A stretch of DNA of 64,000 bases from a virus: the IMG/VR virus record IMGVR_UViG_3300031951_000010; one strand, written 5' to 3'. This document shows, piece after piece, positions 1 through 9,663 of the stretch. A program made the translations under genes and the position numbers. The first letter of the stretch is position 1, and every line of letters begins with the position of its first letter. The notes beneath the pieces are model-generated. The model did no database searches, was not told the DNA's origin, and was given only the letters and a program-made list of their open reading frames with translations.

Positions 1-168
1 CCGAATCATGCCATGAGTGATGCTTGCTGATTTAAGGAAGTTAGTTATCCTATCAGACTCTGCGTACAAACCGCGATTATCCAACTGTCGTGCATGATAA
101 AAAAGCTTCAAAAAAGTTGCGTTTGTAAACATATTAACAATATTGTTCTTAATCTTTCCAATCCATTC

Positions 169-1356
169 CTAGCAATAGCCAGCCATTGACAATCCATGAG
201 CGAGTGCCCATTTGCCCACAATGTTCTTTTCTCTGATCGTGGCCCGACGGTTCATCTTCCCCGCTATTTGCACAACGCTTTTTCTTTGCCTATTCACTTC
301 AATGGTTAAACGATCTTTTTCAATACCAGTGGAGGAATCACCCCCAGCACATTCGGAAAAACACCGCAGAGAGAAAATGCTCACTCGCTCATCAACACAT
401 GAAGTAACATAAGATGAAACACAATGTCTTTGCTTCTTCCCCTCATTGATCACATCTCTGTTGTTCAGCAATTCAATCATTTCCCAAACATAATTGTCAT
501 CAGTGTGTTTCCACTTTGGTATTTTAAGCCCTTCCCATTCAACATAACGGCCCATCTTGGCCTTTTGCATAAGGATATGCCATTCAGTGCTAAGCTTAAT
601 GATCGAGCTACCAGTCCGTCCCTTCATGGAAAAATTAGGGTCATTCCCCATCTTCCATGAAAGAAAATCAACAACTTCAATTAATGTATTTTTGTCCATT
701 TCGGCATGATAAACACCAAAAAACCTAATGACATCAATCAAACGACCGCGAGCTTCCGCGATAGGACAACGACGATTGAAAAACTTATCAATCAATATTT
801 CCTTAATCTGATTAGGCACGCCCGCGACTTCAAGCTTAGCCCACCAAACATTTACGTCAATTGCTTGATGAGAAGGCGCAATAAGAAATTTTGCACATTC
901 AGCACGAGTCATATAATCCTTTGCCAACTTGGGGAAGCTTTTACCCTGAGCTAAAGCAATAAACCAATCACGATATGGACAGTCCTTGTTCTCATTAGGG
1001 TTTCGACGATCTTGGGGAGCTATATAACATCGACCTGGTTTGTTAGAACGAATCATTGATTCATACATAAAAGATGGAACTGGGTACTTAACTAGCAAAT
1101 GCCTAATGAGATTTTCAATCTGACGATCACGATTATATGATCGCGGACTGAAATCATTTAATGATCGAATAAAGCTGCCCTCGTATTTTTCACAGTGAGT
1201 TTCACAAAGTAGCTCATCGGCACTCTTCTTCTTTTGTTTCTTATTTTGGCGCTGCAAAGCTAATTCTTTTTTTGATGAAACTAATACATTTGCGTATTTA
1301 GCATCTTTTTCATCAATCAAGGCTTGTCGCTTTTTAATAGCTGATGCTCTGGACAT
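169..1356 (-). CDS. PcfJ-like domain protein
   Basis: 395 aa; C-terminal EL..EGKKQRHCVSSY...SIFSLR...LTIEV pattern typical of PcfJ-like proteins. Confidence 0.7.
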   Translation of the reverse strand: MSRASAIKKRQALIDEKDAKYANVLVSSKKELALQRQNKKQKKKSADELLCETHCEKYEGSFIRSLNDFSPRSYNRDRQIENLIRHLLVKYPVPSFMYESMIRSNKPGRCYIAPQDRRNPNENKDCPYRDWFIALAQGKSFPKLAKDYMTRAECAKFLIAPSHQAIDVNVWWAKLEVAGVPNQIKEILIDKFFNRRCPIAEARGRLIDVIRFFGVYHAEMDKNTLIEVVDFLSWKMGNDPNFSMKGRTGSSIIKLSTEWHILMQKAKMGRYVEWEGLKIPKWKHTDDNYVWEMIELLNNRDVINEGKKQRHCVSSYVTSCVDERVSIFSLRCFSECAGGDSSTGIEKDRLTIEVNRQRKSVVQIAGKMNRRATIREKNIVGKWALAHGLSMAGYC

Positions 1357-1406
1357 TATATATTTACTACGATCATAAACGCGAATTAATCACCATGTGG
1401 ATATTT

Positions 1407-1481
1407 TGGCTGGTGCCCCGAGACTCGAACTCGGAACCATTCGATTAACAGTCGAACGCTCTACCATTGAGCTAGGCACCA
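1407..1481 (-). tRNA. tRNA-Asn(GTT)
   Basis: Canonical cloverleaf: TGGTGCC/GGCACCA acceptor, loop CTGTTAA, TTCGAGT T-loop, G73, encoded CCA. Confidence 0.95.
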
Positions 1482-1491
1482 GTATTTTTTA

Positions 1492-1565
1492 TGGGAGCAA
1501 CGGAGGGAATCGAACCCTCTCGTGAAGAAATATGAACTCTTACTGCACGTCCCGTGCTCGTTGCC
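1492..1565 (-). tRNA. Atypical tRNA-Met(CAT)-like RNA
   Basis: GGCAACG/CGTTGCT acceptor + C + CCA; T-arm GAGGG-TTCGATT-CCCTC; anticodon loop TTCATAT; short D-arm GCAC-GGGAC-GTGC with 1-nt linker. Confidence 0.75.
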
Positions 1566-1585
1566 ACGAAAATATAAATTTAAAC

Positions 1586-1620
1586 AAAAAAACAGAGAGA
1601 AACTTAGTGGCTCCTCTCTG
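1586..1620 (-). terminator. Attenuator terminator upstream of tRNA-Met/Asn
   Basis: CAGAGAGGAG-CCACTAAG-TTTCTCTCTG followed by T7 on the minus strand. Confidence 0.85.
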
Positions 1621-1649
1621 CGTGAAAACAATGATGCGAATTCTTTCGA

Positions 1650-1709
1650 TCACTGATCAGGAGGTCCACTAAAGGCCCACATATTATTATTCAAATTCAT
1701 ATTAAACAT
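1650..1709 (-). CDS. Met/Asn-rich attenuator leader peptide MFNMNLNNNMWAFSGPPDQ
   Basis: 3 ATG and 5 AAT in the first 10 codons; 3' end complementary to the terminator 5' arm; directly upstream of tRNA-Met-like and tRNA-Asn. Confidence 0.8.
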   Translation of the reverse strand: MFNMNLNNNMWAFSGPPDQ

Positions 1710-1800
1710 GTTTAATCACTATTCTTGCGATGAATGTAATCCACCTGCTTATTTATACGACGGCTTTGATAAAAAAGTTTCACGATGCCAATATTTTTAA

Positions 1801-3136
1801 AAAGTAACCTGCAAAAATTCCCCATCTGCTAGTCGGTGGGGATGAATTGCAGTAATTAGAAAATATTCTACTATTTTTCTAAAACATATAGGTGATAGTA
1901 AATATTAACTGTAAAAGAGACTTATATGCTAAAGGCATATAAGTTTTTGATAAAACCCACAAAGGAGCAAATTGAGATGTTTGAAAAACATTTTGGTGCT
2001 ACTAGGTTTGTCTATAACTGGGGATTAGAACAAAAAACAAAATCTTATCAAGAAGGGAAAAAGACATTGACTTTTCTTGGATTGGGTCCAGAACTTGTTA
2101 AGTTTAAAAAAGAAAACATCTGGATGAAGGAAGTAAATAGCCAATCACTATTGGCTTCTCTGAAAAATTTAGACAATGCCTATACTAGATTCTTCAGAGA
2201 AAAGAAAGGATTTCCTAAATTCAAATCAAAATATAATCCAAAACAATCCTTCCAGTGCCCTCAACATTGTTCTGTAGATTTTGATAACTCTGAATTAACA
2301 ATCCCAAAGATTAAAAATATCAAAACTATATTCCATAGACAATTTGAAGGGGATATCAAAACAGTAACTATTTCTAGGGTTCCTTCTGGCAAATACTATG
2401 TTTCAATTCTAGTGGAAGATGGCAAAGAATTACCAATTAAATCTAAGCTAACTAGAAACAATGCTGTAGGCATTGACATGGGATTGAAATATTTTGTAGT
2501 TACTTCAGATGGAGAAAAAATTGCTAATCCAAAGTATTTCAGGAAATCCGAAGAAAGACTTGCAAGAAAACAAAAGAAATTAAGCAAGAAAAAGAAAGGG
2601 AGCAATAATAGGAATAAACAAAAACAAAAAGTAGCGAAGCTACATGAAAAAATAGCTAATCAAAGAAAAGACTTTCTACATAAAGTATCTCATAAAATAG
2701 TTCACAAGAACCACGGAACGATTTGTGTTGAGGATTTGTGTGTTAAAGGGATGGTCAGAAATCATAAATTAGCTAAATCAATATCTGATGTAGGATGGGG
2801 AATGTTCTATAACTTTTTGAAATATAAATCAGACTGGTATGGAAAGAATTTTCTTGATATTGGACAATTTGAACCTTCTAGTAAAATGTGTTCAGTTTGT
2901 GGTAATATTAAATCAGATTTGACATTATCTGATAGAGAATGGACTTGTGAGAGATGCAACAACAAACACGATAGAGATATCAATGCTTCTATTAACATTC
3001 GAAACATGGCATTCACTGCTCAGAATTTGATAAGATGCATAGGGTTGGAACAACCCGAATCAACGCCTGTGGAATTGTTAGGTTACTAACGACTACGAAG
3101 CAGGAAGCCCCACCCTTTATGGGTGGGGTAGTTCAC
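1801..3136 (+). mobile_element. IS200/IS605-family (IS1341-type, tnpB-only) element
   Basis: Left-end hairpin CCCCATC...GGTGGGG and right-end hairpin CCCCACCC-TTTAT-GGGTGGGG ending TTCAC; TTTAA immediately 5' of the left end; no tnpA. Confidence 0.85.
1926..3089 (+). CDS. tnpB: TnpB RNA-guided endonuclease
   Basis: N-terminal MLKAYKFLIKP HTH, RuvC motifs GIDMG / VEDL / DRDINAS, and CSVC...CERC zinc finger. Confidence 0.97.
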   Translation: MLKAYKFLIKPTKEQIEMFEKHFGATRFVYNWGLEQKTKSYQEGKKTLTFLGLGPELVKFKKENIWMKEVNSQSLLASLKNLDNAYTRFFREKKGFPKFKSKYNPKQSFQCPQHCSVDFDNSELTIPKIKNIKTIFHRQFEGDIKTVTISRVPSGKYYVSILVEDGKELPIKSKLTRNNAVGIDMGLKYFVVTSDGEKIANPKYFRKSEERLARKQKKLSKKKKGSNNRNKQKQKVAKLHEKIANQRKDFLHKVSHKIVHKNHGTICVEDLCVKGMVRNHKLAKSISDVGWGMFYNFLKYKSDWYGKNFLDIGQFEPSSKMCSVCGNIKSDLTLSDREWTCERCNNKHDRDINASINIRNMAFTAQNLIRCIGLEQPESTPVELLGY

Positions 3137-3156
3137 ATTCATTCATAATACTATAT
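3040..3156 (+). ncRNA. Probable omegaRNA (reRNA) 3' scaffold plus guide
   Basis: Structured 3' end of tnpB through the right-end TTCAC; the flanking ~20 nt would be the guide, by analogy with known TnpB systems; 5' boundary uncertain. Confidence 0.6.
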
Positions 3157-3223
3157 ACGATCATAAAAGAAATACAGTTGCTGATCCAAGGAAGCAAAAT
3201 CATAAAACAAGAAATTAAACTGA

Positions 3224-3850
3224 ATGTGGTGGAGAAATCGATTCGCGCAATATCAGCAAAACTCAAGCTTTCCGAACATGAACGTCGAAGACAAAACAAC
3301 CGACGAGAAACAATTTTATGAATGGATGGAACAAGCTGATGAAGTCGCAGCAAATGTCGCGAATGAATTTTATAAACAACCAGATAAAAAACAATCGTGG
3401 CGATTAGTCCCAGCACCAAGAATCATCAAAATATGGAAAGACTTTGCTAAATTTGGATTTGTCCGCGATGAAAAAGGACTCGATCAAATCGCACAAATTA
3501 TGATCGAAAATACACAAAAACTTCACGCCAACACAATCTTCATGGAACATGAAGAAATGTCCGCGGAAAGCTATGCTGAAGGACTTGAACTAAACCACAA
3601 TTATGATCCAGAATTATATGATGAAAAATTCCCCCAGCACGTAGAAGATGAACATGGACAGTGGAGAATTAGCGATGTCGCATTAGCCCCGCTTGTCAAA
3701 GATAGCATGCAACTAATGGCAGAATCAGACCCAACTAGAAAATTACTGATCATAGACAGAATGCTGAATAGAATCCACGCAAGATCGGATATCGCAGCAC
3801 TCTTTATCGAAGGCGGAACACAAACGTTAAACCAAATGTTCGCGGGATAA
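3224..3850 (+). CDS. Hypothetical protein
   Basis: 208 aa ORF with plausible composition. Confidence 0.7.
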   Translation: MWWRNRFAQYQQNSSFPNMNVEDKTTDEKQFYEWMEQADEVAANVANEFYKQPDKKQSWRLVPAPRIIKIWKDFAKFGFVRDEKGLDQIAQIMIENTQKLHANTIFMEHEEMSAESYAEGLELNHNYDPELYDEKFPQHVEDEHGQWRISDVALAPLVKDSMQLMAESDPTRKLLIIDRMLNRIHARSDIAALFIEGGTQTLNQMFAG

Positions 3851-3855
3851 TTTAT

Positions 3856-4692
3856 CTACCCCGCGAAACGATTTGTTTGATAGGCACTCACCGCAGTCAC
3901 GATGTCGTGCAAATCCGCCGCATAAAATCCACTTGCGTTAAAACAATTACATTCTAATACATATAACTGCCCATTAGATGCACACACATCCATTACACAA
4001 ACTTCATGAGGCGTCCAGATAGAAGCCATTTCACGGCCAAAATCTAACACCGCAGCTGGAACATTTTCGTCCACAACAGGACGATAGCCGCTGGCAGCCA
4101 CAATCTCTCCCTGCACCACCACCAAACGCCACTCACCCTCTATCGGCTTAACACTCGCAAGACACACTTCGCAGTTGTGATTAAAAATATCTCCGCCAAC
4201 ATAATTGTCGCCCGAACCTTCTTTAATGTCCAAGAGATCACTAAAAAACAAAGTGCCTCCAGAAATTTGCTTACTGTCATCATTCACGCGAATAAATAAT
4301 TCTTCGCCTAAAGAATAATCCGTATCCTTAATGTCATCGATTTTTACAACACGCATATCCGCGTTAAAGTAGCGATCCTTATAGTGATAGAGATACTGAT
4401 CGGGACGAAAAGCGGAAGGATCGAAGAAAATCCCACGACGATATTTGCGCGATTTCCAAGCAATACGATTGAGCGTCGTACTCCCAATTAACACAAAAGG
4501 ATCAACCGCCCCCAATCGGGGCATCCGATCCAGAAAAGGAATTATATTAAAAGAATCAGACTGTATTCCTAAATCAGAACACACAACGTGAATCTTCTCA
4601 TCCACACCACGAGCAACATTCTTTTGTACATACCATTTACAAGCCATTTTGTCCATACTTATAATACGATTGAATGAAAAATAATTTCCCAT
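3856..4692 (-). CDS. ATP-grasp domain protein (DUF4343/R2K-like)
   Basis: EWRLVVVQGEIVAASGY...VMDVC...YVLECNCFNASGFY motif. Confidence 0.75.
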   Translation of the reverse strand: MGNYFSFNRIISMDKMACKWYVQKNVARGVDEKIHVVCSDLGIQSDSFNIIPFLDRMPRLGAVDPFVLIGSTTLNRIAWKSRKYRRGIFFDPSAFRPDQYLYHYKDRYFNADMRVVKIDDIKDTDYSLGEELFIRVNDDSKQISGGTLFFSDLLDIKEGSGDNYVGGDIFNHNCEVCLASVKPIEGEWRLVVVQGEIVAASGYRPVVDENVPAAVLDFGREMASIWTPHEVCVMDVCASNGQLYVLECNCFNASGFYAADLHDIVTAVSAYQTNRFAG

Positions 4693-4740
4693 GGACTTAG
4701 CCCCCTATAAACACAAACTAAACAAACCAATTATATAATC

Positions 4741-5214
4741 GTGAAAAACTTTATCCTAACAGAACTTAACTCCGAAGAGAAAATTCAAAAGGCATCCAAA
4801 ATCTTTGAAAATGAAATCAATAGGATATGGCGACAAACAGTTATCACACCAATACAAAATAAATTTGATGGCGAAAAACAACAAACAACAAAACAATTTC
4901 AAACTCAATGCCAATTCCAACTAGAAACAAATAATCCAGGCGTCCCGCTCATGTTCTCAAAACCTGGAATGATAAGAACGTTCAGAATACTCGAAAAAGA
5001 AATTATGAACATAATCATAGATACAGCGAAAACACAAGAAACTATCGATTATGAACATATACATGATGATCGTATCGCAAACCTGAATAATATCCGAACA
5101 ATGAAAGGACAATGCGATATTGCAGAAATTAACATATCCGCGAGCATTGAAGAAAAACACGACCGCAGATATGTTACGATGATCGCAAAAACACAAATAG
5201 ACCTAAACTGCTAA
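4741..5214 (+). CDS. Hypothetical protein
   Basis: 157 aa ORF. Confidence 0.55.
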   Translation: MKNFILTELNSEEKIQKASKIFENEINRIWRQTVITPIQNKFDGEKQQTTKQFQTQCQFQLETNNPGVPLMFSKPGMIRTFRILEKEIMNIIIDTAKTQETIDYEHIHDDRIANLNNIRTMKGQCDIAEINISASIEEKHDRRYVTMIAKTQIDLNC

Positions 5215-5244
5215 CCAACAAATGAATATGATCGTAGCCGCAGC

Positions 5245-5625
5245 TCACTCCGATTGTAATTCAAGCAAAGCCACGCAAAGATCATAAATACTCCAAGCAT
5301 CCTCCAAAGCAGCCGTGCGAGCCCCCTTCTCAGTATAACGTTCAGAATTATAATGATATTCCTTCAGTGACTTGCCATCCTTATCACGAAAAACTAAATA
5401 CCAATAAGGAGTGTACTGAGGATCACCCCGACGATTGTTATAACCAAAGTGAAAACCAATCGGGAACTCTAAACGATCACGATCCTCCAAATTAACAAGC
5501 CTCCGAAGATAATTAGCCTTCGAAGATAACATCTGCTTTTTATCATGATAATCACGATCCAAAACAGACTGCTCTTCCAATAAACGATCCAACTCAACAC
5601 GCGCAGATAAAATCTTATCACTCAT
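5245..5625 (-). CDS. Hypothetical protein
   Basis: 126 aa ORF in the minus-strand operon. Confidence 0.65.
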   Translation of the reverse strand: MSDKILSARVELDRLLEEQSVLDRDYHDKKQMLSSKANYLRRLVNLEDRDRLEFPIGFHFGYNNRRGDPQYTPYWYLVFRDKDGKSLKEYHYNSERYTEKGARTAALEDAWSIYDLCVALLELQSE

Positions 5626-5745
5626 AATCTAAAAAAACCCCCGATCAAAAACATGATCGTAAAATAATATGGGCAAACAATAACACACAATCTAGAGAAG
5701 AAAAAACTTTCGGGGAAAAGAGAATCTTTTTCCCGAAAAACAAAA

Positions 5746-6339
5746 TCAAATATTTGAACACGTAATGTCAGAAATATATAAATCATCATCGCAAGAAACA
5801 ATATGCATCTTAAACTCAAAAAAATCAGGATGCCATAAAGAATATAAATGATTTGCAAATTCTATAACGACAGAAGGAAGATAATCATACCCAGCAAAAT
5901 ATTCATACCCAGAATGATGGAAATTATAAGGCTGCAATGTTTTATTAACAAAAGAGACAACATAAACTGAATCAACAGGCTTATGACGAGAAATATATAA
6001 AGCAATATCTAAAAGATTGCTTAAACTAAAATTTAATGCACGAGCAAGCTTTGCTCCACGAACAGAATCAATTACACTGCTCATATCAATTTCACGTTTC
6101 AAATGATTGTATCTTAAATTCAACAAATCATTAAACGAAAGTCCATCATAATGATGAAATTGATGTATGTCCTGAAATATAAAAACATCCAGCATCTCAT
6201 TCAAGTCATAATCACTTTCGGAAAGATCACGAAAACTCGTCACGAATAAATCACTATGTAAATACAAATCACCATAATGACGAATCATATCAATGCAACT
6301 GACAGGATGCAAATAAGGCTGAATATACATAAAAATCAA
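5746..6339 (-). CDS. Tandem paralog 4 of an unknown family
   Basis: Shares CIDMIRHYGDLYLHSDLFVTS..DLSESDYDL and the C-terminal CDDDLYISDI motif with its neighbours. Confidence 0.8.
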   Translation of the reverse strand: MIFMYIQPYLHPVSCIDMIRHYGDLYLHSDLFVTSFRDLSESDYDLNEMLDVFIFQDIHQFHHYDGLSFNDLLNLRYNHLKREIDMSSVIDSVRGAKLARALNFSLSNLLDIALYISRHKPVDSVYVVSFVNKTLQPYNFHHSGYEYFAGYDYLPSVVIEFANHLYSLWHPDFFEFKMHIVSCDDDLYISDITCSNI

Positions 6340-6998
6340 AAGCCCAAATAAAAAATCAAACTCGATACGTAAAGCTCACCATCACAAATGCTAATCTCAT
6401 AAACATAAGACGGAACACCAACCCTGTGAGGAGAATACAAAGACTCTAAGTGATCAATAAAATCAATTACTTCCGCTTGTACTCCAAAAGGAATGTGATC
6501 AAACTTTGAAATACTACCGTTGCACATCTCAACACTAAAAGACCTTTCGACTCTCTTGAAAGAAGATAAATACAAATCGTCATTAGCACCAATCATTAAA
6601 CACTGATAAGGATTATCGGATAAATTGATCTTGATCACACCTACATTGTGACAATGCAATAACTTATAAAATAACATCGTATATACAATACTCTTTTCAG
6701 CAGGCTTGTCAAGATAACCCAAACAATGAACGTTAACAGGCTCGCCCAAATCATAATCACTTTCGGAAAGATCATTTAAACTTGTTAAGAATAAATCGCT
6801 GTGTAAATACAAATCACCATAATGATGAATCATCTCAATACAACTCATAGAACCATAAGACTTTAAATCATTGTTTAAAGCTGCAGGAGCGACATTGCCC
6901 ATGAATATAGGGACTCCATTCATATGACCAACCTTGGATGGACCACACCAGTTCGTCATATTACCCATAACACCATTTATATTCAAACCGTTTTTCAT
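6336..6998 (-). CDS. Tandem paralog 3 of an unknown family
   Basis: Same HSDLF..LSESDY block and YEISICDGELYVS. Confidence 0.8.
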   Translation of the reverse strand: MKNGLNINGVMGNMTNWCGPSKVGHMNGVPIFMGNVAPAALNNDLKSYGSMSCIEMIHHYGDLYLHSDLFLTSLNDLSESDYDLGEPVNVHCLGYLDKPAEKSIVYTMLFYKLLHCHNVGVIKINLSDNPYQCLMIGANDDLYLSSFKRVERSFSVEMCNGSISKFDHIPFGVQAEVIDFIDHLESLYSPHRVGVPSYVYEISICDGELYVSSLIFYLGF

Positions 6999-7017
6999 TT
7001 ATAGCACATCAACATTT

Positions 7018-7713
7018 TTATACATATCGGGACTTTAAGATCACATTAGATACGTAAAGATCACCAGAACAACGACTAATCTCATAAGCATAATCATTAA
7101 ACCCCAAAACCTGAGGGGAATAAATAGAATCTAAACGCCTTGCAAATTCTTTCACGCAAGAAGGATTACTCACATATGTCATAAAACCCCGATCATAACA
7201 AGAATCAAACCCCGAAAGATAAGGATCGGGATCGCCATGGGAAGGGAAAGGAGACATAAAGCAAATATGAGAGTCATAAGCAGCAACCCTGCAAACATTT
7301 TCAGTCGCCTTGAAAGAAGATATATATAAATCATCCAAAGGAGCAATATATAATTCAAAAGAATAGTCACTTGGGCAATTTATGCGAATCCCTCCATCTT
7401 TGCGACAATCTAACAAACGCGAAAAAGGCACAGAGAATAATTGACTTTGACCCATGGGGCGCTCCATAGAACCGAAGTTATGAACAGACACGATTTCATC
7501 CAAATCATAATCACTTTCGGAAAGATCATTTAAACTTGTTACAAACAAATCACTATGCAAATAATGAACACCATAATGACGAATCATATCAATACAATTC
7601 ATAGACATGTAAGGCGCTGGGCGATAATCATAACTAATAAATCCCGATTGATTTGCCAACACACTACCCAAAACACCATTCATGTGCGCACCATTTACCA
7701 TTTGTGACTCCAC
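7018..7713 (-). CDS. Tandem paralog 2 of an unknown family
   Basis: Same block; YEISRCSGDLYVSNV. Confidence 0.8.
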   Translation of the reverse strand: MESQMVNGAHMNGVLGSVLANQSGFISYDYRPAPYMSMNCIDMIRHYGVHYLHSDLFVTSLNDLSESDYDLDEIVSVHNFGSMERPMGQSQLFSVPFSRLLDCRKDGGIRINCPSDYSFELYIAPLDDLYISSFKATENVCRVAAYDSHICFMSPFPSHGDPDPYLSGFDSCYDRGFMTYVSNPSCVKEFARRLDSIYSPQVLGFNDYAYEISRCSGDLYVSNVILKSRYV

Positions 7714-7714
7714 A

Positions 7715-8368
7715 TTAATTATATAAATCCACGATCACATTAGACACGTAAAGATCACCATCGCAAACACTAATCTCATAAGCATAATGAAGAAAGTTAA
7801 ATATAGGATAATAATGACCTAAATAACAAACAAAATCAACCACTTCCGAAGGCAAAGTATCACGATTACAAATCACACCGTTGCGTAATTCAACCAAGTG
7901 AGTCCCATAAACATGCTTGTAAGAAGACAAATACAAATCACTATCAGAGCCAAGGAATAAATCGTGGCTTTTAATGTCATTACTGCCAGCCAAATTAACT
8001 GATTTAGAAATTTTTAACATCCCGTGTTTTGCATAATCTAACAATTTGTGAAACATTATACGAAATACTGGCTTGCTGTCTGAAATCTTATTCAACATAC
8101 CAAAATTGTGAATAGACACGATTTCGTCCATTTCATAATCACTTTCGGAAAGATTACTTAAACTAGTTACGAACAAGTCACTATGCAGATAATGATCACC
8201 ATAAGTTTTCATCATCTGCACACAATCTATACATTGAAAAAACATCCCGTCCATAGGGACTTCTTTACAAGGATTTTGTGCCACGTGAAAGGAACTAAGC
8301 GTATTTCCAATTAACATCCGCACCACCGCCAAGAAGTTCCCACTCGGGGCATCCAGGTATCTGACCAC
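7715..8368 (-). CDS. Tandem paralog 1 of an unknown family
   Basis: Same block; YEISVCDGDLYVSNV; start uncertain. Confidence 0.75.
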   Translation of the reverse strand: MVRYLDAPSGNFLAVVRMLIGNTLSSFHVAQNPCKEVPMDGMFFQCIDCVQMMKTYGDHYLHSDLFVTSLSNLSESDYEMDEIVSIHNFGMLNKISDSKPVFRIMFHKLLDYAKHGMLKISKSVNLAGSNDIKSHDLFLGSDSDLYLSSYKHVYGTHLVELRNGVICNRDTLPSEVVDFVCYLGHYYPIFNFLHYAYEISVCDGDLYVSNVIVDLYN

Positions 8369-8805
8369 TCTTCGTCACCAATGCGCCATGCGTTTTTGCG
8401 GGGAATGTAATAACCAGTGTCATAGATGTATCCCACATAATCCATTATCCTGAAATCTACTACTGGGCAAGTATCTTTGGGATATTTATCAAGGGGCTGC
8501 CACTCAGAATCAAAAGGTTTAATAAAAGCATCTTTTAAATCACTGCAATTGTTTTTTTCCGATTCCATGAGATCATCAGATGAAATATTCTTACACTCAT
8601 CCAAAATAGTATCAGCAATCTCACAACAATACTGAATCAAATTTTCAGGAATATTATCAAATTGGTCTAATGGCAAATCATAACGACACGAATCAGCACT
8701 TTCGTGAACATTGCCATTGTGCAAAGCAGCAAGCATTGGAGCCATCAATGTAGCAACTAACTGCGCACGATTATAATCATAATCACTACCAATCATCTCA
8801 TTCAT
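8311..8805 (-). CDS. Hypothetical protein
   Basis: 164 aa, first gene of the minus-strand operon. Confidence 0.65.
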   Translation of the reverse strand: MNEMIGSDYDYNRAQLVATLMAPMLAALHNGNVHESADSCRYDLPLDQFDNIPENLIQYCCEIADTILDECKNISSDDLMESEKNNCSDLKDAFIKPFDSEWQPLDKYPKDTCPVVDFRIMDYVGYIYDTGYYIPRKNAWRIGDEEWSDTWMPRVGTSWRWCGC

Positions 8806-8852
8806 ATAACTCTTCTACGATCATAAAACAAAAACATCACCAACACATAAAT

Positions 8853-8891
8853 AAAAAAGAGAGAGCACAGAAGCGTCCTTCTGGCCCTCTC
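8853..8891 (-). terminator. Intrinsic terminator
   Basis: GAGAGGGCCAGAAG-GACG-CTTCTGTGCTCTCTC followed by a T-run. Confidence 0.7.
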
Positions 8892-9663
8892 GGGATGCGA
8901 TGCTGGTAGTAAGGGAGAGTTGATCAACGCACCGACTTATCAAAACTAAAACTATGATTTTTAATGGTTTTTTGACATAGTATGAAAAAAGTATTGAAAA
9001 ATCTTAATCCACTAACTGAACAATAATAAAACAAACTCAAAAAACTAATCTTAAACAATAACCAGAAGTCTCAACCAATTCAAAGGAAATGATTGCGATT
9101 TTTTCTTGATCATCATTAGATCAGCACTCAAACAACTTAGTTTTACCACTCATTTTTTCCTGCTTCTGAGGAACATTTTTTTTGTTTTTTTAAGGGATAA
9201 TTTTGTTGCTTTTTCTTATTGATAAAGTAGATATTTTTTCTCTCGTTTTTTCTTCGTTCCTCACTATTGGAGGACACTTTTTAGATTCAAAATAAGTTCT
9301 TGAAGCACCTTCCTGATTGATGACTTTTTTTAAAAAAAGTTTTCTTAATGAGTGTGGGCGAGGGTGGTGAAATGATTGATTTATAAGGCCGTTTTTTATG
9401 ATCGGATGGGGCGGAAGAATGATGGGATTGTGGTCGAAAAATGGTTTAATTGTGATTGGAAAATGACTAGTCTGTGATCGGAAAATAATCTCAAAATAAT
9501 CGGCTCTGATCGGCCCGATTGTGCTTCGATCACGATTTTCGTTTTAGAATCGTAAAAAAGGGACCATATTGGGATGATATTGGGACGAAACTGGGATAAT
9601 CGTTCCTAAATGGAGTTATGGTGTGTTTGTTGGTTGTGATCGTGGAGTTTGTGGTTTTTAGGT

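Noticed and set aside
212-954. Plus-strand ORFs antisense to the PcfJ-like gene, and similar short antisense ORFs elsewhere
   Set aside because: Fully nested opposite better-supported genes, with no motifs.
1690-3146. 32-aa ORF (MNEFKNIG...) rebuilt across the IS empty site
   Set aside because: Short, with no recognisable features; it overlaps the leader promoter and is probably incidental.
5746-8368. DGR template/variable repeats in the paralog array
   Set aside because: Differences are not adenine-specific, and there is no reverse transcriptase in the window.
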